Assembly: GCA_964604225.1 (NCBI GenBank)
Contig: CAZRYD010000004.1
Location: 1 to 56,523, forward strand
DNA length: 56,523 nt
Reading direction: 5' to 3'
From: an uncultured Caldilineaceae bacterium
Lineage (GTDB): Bacteria > Chloroflexota > Anaerolineae > 4572-78 > J111
Below are positions 51,122 through 56,523 of the stretch, piece after piece. The notes below the pieces were generated by a model. That model saw only the letters and a list, made by a program, of their open reading frames with translations, was not told where the DNA came from and searched no databases. Within the stretch, counting starts at the first letter, position 1, and every line of letters begins with the position of its first letter. A program made the translations under genes and the position numbers.

Positions 51122-51949
51122 TTATCCTTTTGCGGCCCCCATAGTTAACCCCTGGACAAAGTAGCGATTCAGAAACAGGGAGATAATCATGGCCGGGATC
51201 ATGGCAAAAATGCACATAACCGCCATTTTGCCCCAACTGATCTCGACGGAGCTGAAGGTGGCTAGAATCCCCAGGGGCATGGTTTTGGTGGCCGGGGAGG
51301 TCAGCATGAGCGCAAATAGAAAGTCGTTCCAGGAGAAGATAATGCAGTACAGCGCCGAGGCAATGATGCCTGGAATCGACAAGGGCAGGGCAATTCTGAA
51401 AAAAGCCTGAAGGTGGGAAGCGCCGTCCACCAGGGCGGCCTCTTCCATCTCCTGCGGTACGTCTTTGAAGTAGCTGCGCATCATCCAGACCACAAACGAA
51501 GCGTCGAAGGCGGTATCGAGGAGGATGACCGCAGCATAAGTGCCTAGCAGCCGCAGGTCGCGCATCAGCAGGTAGAAGGGAATGAGCATAGCGATGGGTG
51601 GAATCATCAGCAGCAGCAAAAAGAAATAAGAGGAACTGTTGATCAGCCGCGATTTGCTGCGGGCAATGGCGTAGCCGGCCGGCACCCCCAGCAGCAGCGA
51701 TAGGAGGGTAGCCCCGGCGGAAATAATAATGCTGTTGGTTAAAAACAGGGCAATCTTCGAGTTCTGCCAGATTTCTTGAAAGTTTTTGAGGGTGTACTCA
51801 AAGATAAACCACTTGGGCGGAATGGCGAACGCCTCCCGGCCAAACTTAAAAGCGGTCGTAATAAGCCAGAACAACGGCAGCATAAAAAAGAGAATAACCA
51901 AAATGATGGCAATATTTTGGGCTGTTTTTTCTAAAGGGCTTGATTTCAT
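51122..51949 (-). CDS. Carbohydrate ABC transporter permease (MalG-like)
   Basis: Six TM helices and the EAA loop EEAALVDGASHLQAFFRIALP. Confidence 0.9.
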   Translation of the reverse strand: MKSSPLEKTAQNIAIILVILFFMLPLFWLITTAFKFGREAFAIPPKWFIFEYTLKNFQEIWQNSKIALFLTNSIIISAGATLLSLLLGVPAGYAIARSKSRLINSSSYFFLLLLMIPPIAMLIPFYLLMRDLRLLGTYAAVILLDTAFDASFVVWMMRSYFKDVPQEMEEAALVDGASHLQAFFRIALPLSIPGIIASALYCIIFSWNDFLFALMLTSPATKTMPLGILATFSSVEISWGKMAVMCIFAMIPAMIISLFLNRYFVQGLTMGAAKG

Positions 51950-51963
51950 CAGTAGCTGTTCCT

Positions 51964-52899
51964 CTAAAGTGTTTGCCGCTCTAAAACCCGGATGTAGAGA
52001 ACGGAAAAGATGGCTACCATAATCAACAGGATGTTGGCCATAGCGGCAGCATAACCCATATCAAAGAAAGTCATGCCCACAGTATAGATATGAAAATTCA
52101 GAACCGTGGTGGCGCTGCCGGGACCGCCCCCGGTGGTGGCATAAATAATATCAAAAACTTTGAATGATTGCACCGTGCGTAATAATAGGCCGACCAGCAG
52201 CGTTGGTTTGAGCAGGGGCAACGTGATAAACCAAAAGCTTTGCCAGCGGCTGGACCCATCCACCAGGGCTGCCTCGTAGGGTTCGCGGGGCAGGCTTTTT
52301 AACCCGGCCAGAAAGATAACCATCAGCAGCGGGCTCCACTGCCACAGGTCTATCAGGATAACCGCGGGCATGGCCCAGGCGCTTTCGCCCAACGGCCCCC
52401 GACCCATATTAAAACCCATCAATTTGAAATAATAGGGAATCACCCCAAAATCAACATTATAGAGCGATTTCCAGACCAGTCCGACAACCAGAGGGGGAAT
52501 GGCCATCGGCAGCAGCAGAAATGAGCGGACAACTTGCATCAGCCGGGTCTCGGCGGAGAGCAGCAGCGCCAGAGCCAGCCCGACCACAATTTCAGTCGTG
52601 ACGGTGCCGACCACAAAAATCAGGGTAGCGCTCAGCGCCCCAATAACCTGTTTATCTTGAAAGGCGTTGAAGTAATTAGCCAGCCCTAAAAAGGTTCTGA
52701 TTTGATTGGGGTCGGTCAGGCGGTACTTAAAAAAGCTAATGAAAAAAGAAAAGGCCAGCGGATAAATCGAAATGGCAAAGACAAACAACAACAGCGGCGT
52801 CAGCAGTAAGAGGTAGTGATTTTCAATAGGCACAAAGCGCCGCCAGGCGGACATCGGTGAACTTTTCACTGGATTGCCCTCAGAATTTCGGATAGCCAT
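51964..52899 (-). CDS. Carbohydrate ABC transporter permease (MalF-like)
   Basis: Six TM helices and the EAA loop YEAALVDGSSRWQSFWFITLP. Confidence 0.9.
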   Translation of the reverse strand: MAIRNSEGNPVKSSPMSAWRRFVPIENHYLLLLTPLLLFVFAISIYPLAFSFFISFFKYRLTDPNQIRTFLGLANYFNAFQDKQVIGALSATLIFVVGTVTTEIVVGLALALLLSAETRLMQVVRSFLLLPMAIPPLVVGLVWKSLYNVDFGVIPYYFKLMGFNMGRGPLGESAWAMPAVILIDLWQWSPLLMVIFLAGLKSLPREPYEAALVDGSSRWQSFWFITLPLLKPTLLVGLLLRTVQSFKVFDIIYATTGGGPGSATTVLNFHIYTVGMTFFDMGYAAAMANILLIMVAIFSVLYIRVLERQTL

Positions 52900-52938
52900 A
52901 GAGCTATAAAAACACAGAAGTTCTATTCATTTAGAAGT

Positions 52939-52969
52939 GGGAGTGCAAATGTTAAACATTTGCACTCCC
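52939..52969 (-). promoter_or_regulatory. Perfect 15-bp intercistronic hairpin between the binding-protein and permease genes
   Basis: GGGAGTGCAAATGTT-A-AACATTTGCACTCCC, flanked by TTAGAAG direct repeats. Confidence 0.6.
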
Positions 52970-53010
52970 CTTAGAAGATAGAAATCCTAAAAATCCCCGC
53001 CTTGGGGAAA

Positions 53011-54435
53011 TTACTTCATATTCGCTTCAACTTGAGCTTGGGCTTGATCCAGAGCTTCCTGGGCCGACATCTCACCCACTAAGAAACCATTGACCGCCGT
53101 ACCCAGCGCATCTTGAATGATACTATACTGGGGAATGCGCGGCCGGTAGTCGCCGTTGCCTTTTTCAAAGGACTCCAGCAGGAGGGGGAACCAGGGATAC
53201 TCTTTGTTCAGTTCAGGGTCTTCCAGGGTGCTGCGGCGAATCGGCGCGCCGTCGTTGCGAATCCATTCCTTCTGGATTTCGGGGCTGGACAGCCACTTGA
53301 TGAACTCCCAGGCCGCTTCCTGCTCTTGCGGGGTTGAATCGGCGTTGATGCCGATACCCCACCCGCCAAAGCCGTACTTCGGCTCGACGCCTTCGCCCAC
53401 AGGCGCCAGAGCAATATCAACTTTGCCCACAATCGAAGAGATTTCTGGGTTTTCGTAACCGGCGCGGGCAATGCTCCAGCCTTCCATCATGGCTACCTTG
53501 CCGGAACGAAACGCGGTTTCGCGCTGATCCCACCAGTAGTCGGTCGAGCCGGGCGGGGCGTATTTAAAGAGCGAGCCAAAGTGTTCCAGCACTTTGACAT
53601 TTTCCGGGGTGTTGAGCGCCGGTTTGCCATCTTTATCCAGGATGGAGCCGCCAAACTGCTGCACCCAGGCCATATAATCCTGGGCTACCGCCGAACCTTT
53701 GGCCCCTAACAGGGCGACGCCGTAAAAATCCTGATCGGCTTGGGTCAGCTTCTCTGCCGCGGCGAGCAGTTCCTCCTGGGTCTTGGGCGGCTCGATACCG
53801 GCCTCGGTCAGCACGTCTTTGCGGTAGTTAAGGACGTTAGCATAACCGGCCAGAGGGTAAGCCCAATGCTTGCCTTCCCATTCACCCAGCGTCCAGGACA
53901 CAGGCATGATATCGTCGAGCTGCAACTGATCTTTGTCGCGGGCCATAAAATCATCCAGGGGCAGGGTGTACTTGTTGGCGGCATATTCGCCACTCCAGAC
54001 GATGTCAACGGTCATGAGGTCATAATTGGCGGTGTGACCCACAAAATCAGCCGTGAGTTTTTGATACAGGTCAACGTAGCCCAACTCATCCAGGGTAATT
54101 TTGATACCGGTCTGTTCTTCAAACTTGGGAACGAGGGCCCGAAAAGCTGCCACATACTGGTCGGTCATGGAGGCCAAAACCAACTCCGTACCGGCATAAG
54201 GCTTGTCGCCGGAGGCAGGTGCTGCCGCCGCTTCTTCGGTGGCTGCCGGTGCTTCGGCAGTGGCAGCAGCTTCTTCAGTCGCTGTAGGCGCTTCGGCTAC
54301 CGGTTTTTCTTCGGTGGCTGCCGGTTGGGGCGCAGCGGGCGGTTGGGTTGCCGGTGCGCCGCCACATTGGGCGGCTACCAAAGCCACGAGTACGATGACT
54401 ACGAGTAGAGCAAAATGGAAACGTTTTGTTTGCAT
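53011..54435 (-). CDS. Extracellular solute-binding lipoprotein (family 1, sugar/polyol ABC transporter)
   Basis: AGGAGG SD precedes ATG 54435. Lipobox is LVAAQCGG. An Ala/Glu/Pro/Thr low-complexity tether (ATEEAAATAEAPAATEEAAAAPA) precedes an SBP_bac_1-like body. Confidence 0.9.
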   Translation of the reverse strand: MQTKRFHFALLVVIVLVALVAAQCGGAPATQPPAAPQPAATEEKPVAEAPTATEEAAATAEAPAATEEAAAAPASGDKPYAGTELVLASMTDQYVAAFRALVPKFEEQTGIKITLDELGYVDLYQKLTADFVGHTANYDLMTVDIVWSGEYAANKYTLPLDDFMARDKDQLQLDDIMPVSWTLGEWEGKHWAYPLAGYANVLNYRKDVLTEAGIEPPKTQEELLAAAEKLTQADQDFYGVALLGAKGSAVAQDYMAWVQQFGGSILDKDGKPALNTPENVKVLEHFGSLFKYAPPGSTDYWWDQRETAFRSGKVAMMEGWSIARAGYENPEISSIVGKVDIALAPVGEGVEPKYGFGGWGIGINADSTPQEQEAAWEFIKWLSSPEIQKEWIRNDGAPIRRSTLEDPELNKEYPWFPLLLESFEKGNGDYRPRIPQYSIIQDALGTAVNGFLVGEMSAQEALDQAQAQVEANMK

Positions 54436-54563
54436 AGTCTTTCCTCCTTCATACATAAGTCAAATAGACGATAAACACTTGTGCTTAAAGACATTTTTTG
54501 ATTGGATTTTATTGATTTCTGTGACCTCCTAATGGTTTTTGGTTTTCAAATCCGGTAATTTAC

Positions 54564-54614
54564 TGTAGCGGCGGGGCTTGTCCCGCTATGGCGACCGCAA
54601 GGGTCGCCACTACA
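54564..54614. repeat. Compact multi-hairpin GC-rich element between the gntR-like and binding-protein genes
   Basis: GGCGACC-GCAAG-GGTCGCC (54590-54608), GCGGG-GCTTGT-CCCGC (54571-54586), and outer TGTAGCGGC / GCCACTACA complementarity. Confidence 0.5.
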
Positions 54615-54633
54615 ATTACTCCCTCTGAATTGA

Positions 54634-55386
54634 CTAGCGAGTGACTTGAACAGAATATTTGTAGCGGTCGCCTCGATTGAAGGTGCGGTGATACTCAACG
54701 GGAGTCGCCTGATTGGTATAGACCGTGCCCTCGATCAATAGCAAAGGTGTGCCGGCTTCGATGTGGAGTAATTCGGCCTGCCTGGTTTCGGCTGGGACCG
54801 CCTGGATCGTTTCCTCGGACCTGGCCAAAACCACCCCTTTTTTCTCCAAAATTGACCAGAGGGAACCTTCCCGCTCCAATTCTCCGGGGGTCAAATACAA
54901 ATCGGGTGGTAAATTCAGGTAGACCTCGGAGACTCCCAAGGGTTCATCGTCAACCAGCCGCAGGCGCTCCACCATCCAGATCCATTGTCCCTTTTCGATA
55001 CTCAAAGCAGAAGCAACCTGACTACTGGCCTTTTCGTGCCGGAGGGCTAACAATTGGGAGCCGGGCCGATGACCTTCCGCCGCTGTAGCCACTGAAAAAC
55101 TTTTCATACGGGTCATCGGGCGCTCAATTTTTGGACGAGCGACGAAAGTTCCTTTGCCCTGTCGAGTCACCAGATGGCCGTCGCGGGCCAGTTCATCGAT
55201 AGCCCGGCGGACCGTAATCCGGCTGACCCGGAAGGTTCGACCCAACTCCTGCTCGGTTGGGATGGCATCGCCGACCCGCAGTTCTTCGCTTTGAATCAAA
55301 GCCAATAAAACCTCTTTAAGTTGAGAGTAAAGAGGGACAGGCAAAGTTCGGTCTATAGGTCTTGGCTGCAATAGATCGGCCATCAT
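54634..55386 (-). CDS. GntR-family (HutC/UTRA subfamily) transcriptional regulator
   Basis: PLYSQLKEVLLALIQSEELRVGDAIPTEQELGRTFRVSRITVRRAIDELARDGHLVTRQGKGTFV, followed by a UTRA-like C-terminal domain. Confidence 0.9.
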   Translation of the reverse strand: MMADLLQPRPIDRTLPVPLYSQLKEVLLALIQSEELRVGDAIPTEQELGRTFRVSRITVRRAIDELARDGHLVTRQGKGTFVARPKIERPMTRMKSFSVATAAEGHRPGSQLLALRHEKASSQVASALSIEKGQWIWMVERLRLVDDEPLGVSEVYLNLPPDLYLTPGELEREGSLWSILEKKGVVLARSEETIQAVPAETRQAELLHIEAGTPLLLIEGTVYTNQATPVEYHRTFNRGDRYKYSVQVTR

Positions 55387-55411
55387 CGCGGAAGGCTGTT
55401 GCTATGTTTAA

Positions 55412-55445
55412 TTGTTATAACAATAAAATTAATTTGTTATTACAA
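55412..55445. promoter_or_regulatory. Two GntR-type operator palindromes, 22 bp centre to centre
   Basis: TTGTTATAACAA (55412-55423) is a perfect palindrome. TTGTTATTACAA (55434-55445) has one mismatch. They lie 26-59 nt upstream of the gntR-like start, and TGCTATGTT (-10-like, plus strand) sits at 55400-55408. Confidence 0.55.
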
Positions 55446-55576
55446 GCTGGTCGATATTAACATGAAGATCCGGATTTGTCAATATTAGGCTGTGGCCGGT
55501 AGGCGGAAAGCTGTTTCAAATTGAGGTAAAAGGGGACGGGGGATGAAAGGATAAGTTTGGAGAGGAGAATTGCAGA

Positions 55577-55720
55577 ATGGGGGTATTGAAGAGTGAAAAA
55601 ATGCCAATGTTCCAGTTTTCCATTCTTCTGGGCGCATACTTCTTGTTTTCAACGCACTTTGAGTGTAATATCGCCCGCGTGATTAATCAAATTTTTACGG
55701 TTAGGTACAAGGAGAAGTGA
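55577..55720 (+). CDS. Possible 47-codon small ORF (hydrophobic peptide) not in the ORF track
   Basis: GGAGAGGAG lies 9 nt upstream of ATG 55577. It reads MGVLKSEKMPMFQFSILLGAYFLFSTHFECNIARVINQIFTVRYKEK. TGA at 55718-55720 is 3 nt before the GNAT ATG, and its last codons contain that gene's AAGGAG SD. Confidence 0.3.
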   Translation: MGVLKSEKMPMFQFSILLGAYFLFSTHFECNIARVINQIFTVRYKEK

Positions 55721-55723
55721 TCC

Positions 55724-56416
55724 ATGCCAGAAACATCCCTGCCGCCTATTCTGCCCGCCGAGGTTCTGGCCCGGCGCGAGCAGTTGCCGCTTAAACCCGC
55801 CCCGGTGACGCTCACCGGGCGTTATGTACGGCTGGAGCCGTTGGTCATAGCGCGCGACGCGCAGCCCCTTTTTGAATTTTCCAACGGCAGCCCTATCACT
55901 CTGGAAGAGCGCTCAATTGAGGCTTACGATGCCGACACCCTGATCTGGCGCTATATGTTCAATGGTCCCTTTGCTAGCTTGGCCGATTTTAGCGCCAGTT
56001 TGCAAGAACAAGTGAATGCCGCCAATGGCCTGTGCCTGTGCGTCTTTGACCTGGCTTCGGGCCGACAGGTGGGCGCGGCCAATTATATGAACAATGTCCC
56101 GGCCCATCTAAAAATCGAGTTGGGGAGCATCTGGTACAGCCCGGTGGCCCAGCGCAGCAAGGCTAACACCGAGGCGACCTACCTGATGTTGAAACACGCC
56201 TTTGCGCTGGGCTATCGCCGGCTGGAGTGGAAATGCCATTCTCACAATGAACGTTCTCGCCGGTCCGCCCTGCGCATGGGCTTTAAGTTTGAGGGGATTC
56301 AGGACAGCCACCTCATCGTCAAGGGTCGCAACCGTGACACGGCCTGGTTTCGGATTTTAGACATCGAGTGGCCGGAGGTGCAGGCGCATTTGGAACGGCT
56401 TTTATATGGGAGATAG
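55724..56416 (+). CDS. GNAT-family N-acetyltransferase (RimJ/RimL-like)
   Basis: VTLTGRYVRLEPL..., IELGSIWYSPVAQRSKANTEATYLMLKHAF, YRRLEWKCHSHNERSRRSALRMGFKFEG. Confidence 0.8.
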   Translation: MPETSLPPILPAEVLARREQLPLKPAPVTLTGRYVRLEPLVIARDAQPLFEFSNGSPITLEERSIEAYDADTLIWRYMFNGPFASLADFSASLQEQVNAANGLCLCVFDLASGRQVGAANYMNNVPAHLKIELGSIWYSPVAQRSKANTEATYLMLKHAFALGYRRLEWKCHSHNERSRRSALRMGFKFEGIQDSHLIVKGRNRDTAWFRILDIEWPEVQAHLERLLYGR

Positions 56417-56502
56417 GGTTGTAATCATTCTCAGAAAATCTGAGTATTAGCTGCGAATTTCGCGAATCAAGGTAGTTTACTGGAAATAAGAGACGGCTGC
56501 CT

Positions 56503-56523
56503 GTGTCATTCCGAGTGTTACAC
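56503..56523 (+). repeat. Start of a GTCATTCCGAG element cut by the window end (related to 5021-5074)
   Basis: TGTGTCATTCCGAGTG compared with AATGTCATTTCGACCC at 5019-5034. Confidence 0.25.

Noticed and set aside
54200-54330. Repeated TCTTCGGTGGCTGCCGGT 18-mers as a possible mobile or regulatory repeat
   Set aside because: They lie within the coding region and correspond to the repetitive ATEEAAA tether of the binding lipoprotein. They reflect low-complexity linker expansion.
53740-54408. 222-aa plus-strand ORF
   Set aside because: It is antisense to the sugar-binding lipoprotein gene, and its Gly/Cys/Arg-rich tail mirrors that gene's Ala/Glu/Pro linker.
54564-54614. tRNA or tRNA fragment
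   Set aside because: It is only about 50 nt, with no T-loop (GTTCRANYC) or D-loop signatures and no anticodon-arm geometry.

Overview
This 56.5-kb window looks like ordinary bacterial chromosome. I recognise no rRNA, tRNA, CRISPR array, transposase or integrase. Protein families and linker styles suggest a Chloroflexota-like filamentous bacterium: Pro/Thr-rich linkers, zinc-ribbon/LysM proteins, LTD-CotH proteins and large GT-C membrane proteins. That taxonomic guess is inference only.

Housekeeping and metabolic genes:
- BMP-type binding protein and a class-V aminotransferase
- typA/bipA, an EF-G paralogue, tsaD
- PduO-type adenosyltransferase, kynureninase, an aldo/keto reductase

Three accessory blocks:
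1. Minus-strand envelope/signalling cluster, 5.7-15.5 kb: HD hydrolase, an orphan DHp-like mini-protein, three tandem GT-C-like membrane proteins, a zinc-ribbon/LysM protein and a class III nucleotide cyclase.
2. Island at 28.8-46.5 kb. It is built around one 2530-aa ORF (30728-38320). This ORF fuses a cytoplasmic Hanks-type Ser/Thr kinase and an FHA-like module, through a single TM helix, to Ig-like repeats and a complete alpha-2-macroglobulin ectodomain with an intact CVEQ thioester motif. Flanking genes are a stand-alone receiver domain with no canonical start codon, a secreted tandem-duplicated-domain protein, a cytoplasmic PAS-GAF HisKA_2 kinase, a LysM-serine hydrolase and two tandem CotH-kinase proteins, the longer one carrying lamin-tail domains at both ends.
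3. GntR/HutC-headed minus-strand operon, 47.6-55.4 kb: binding protein, two permeases, Zn-dehydrogenase, FGGY kinase and class I aldolase. I read it as polyol/ketose catabolism.

The kinase-A2M fusion and its neighbourhood are the most interesting candidate for an undescribed system, possibly an envelope protease-attack sensor.

Smaller observations:
- a recurring TGTGCTATAAT extended -10-like motif in front of accessory genes
- several structured or palindromic intergenic elements
- phased short repeats
- paired GntR operators
- an unlisted 47-codon ORF with a strong Shine-Dalgarno
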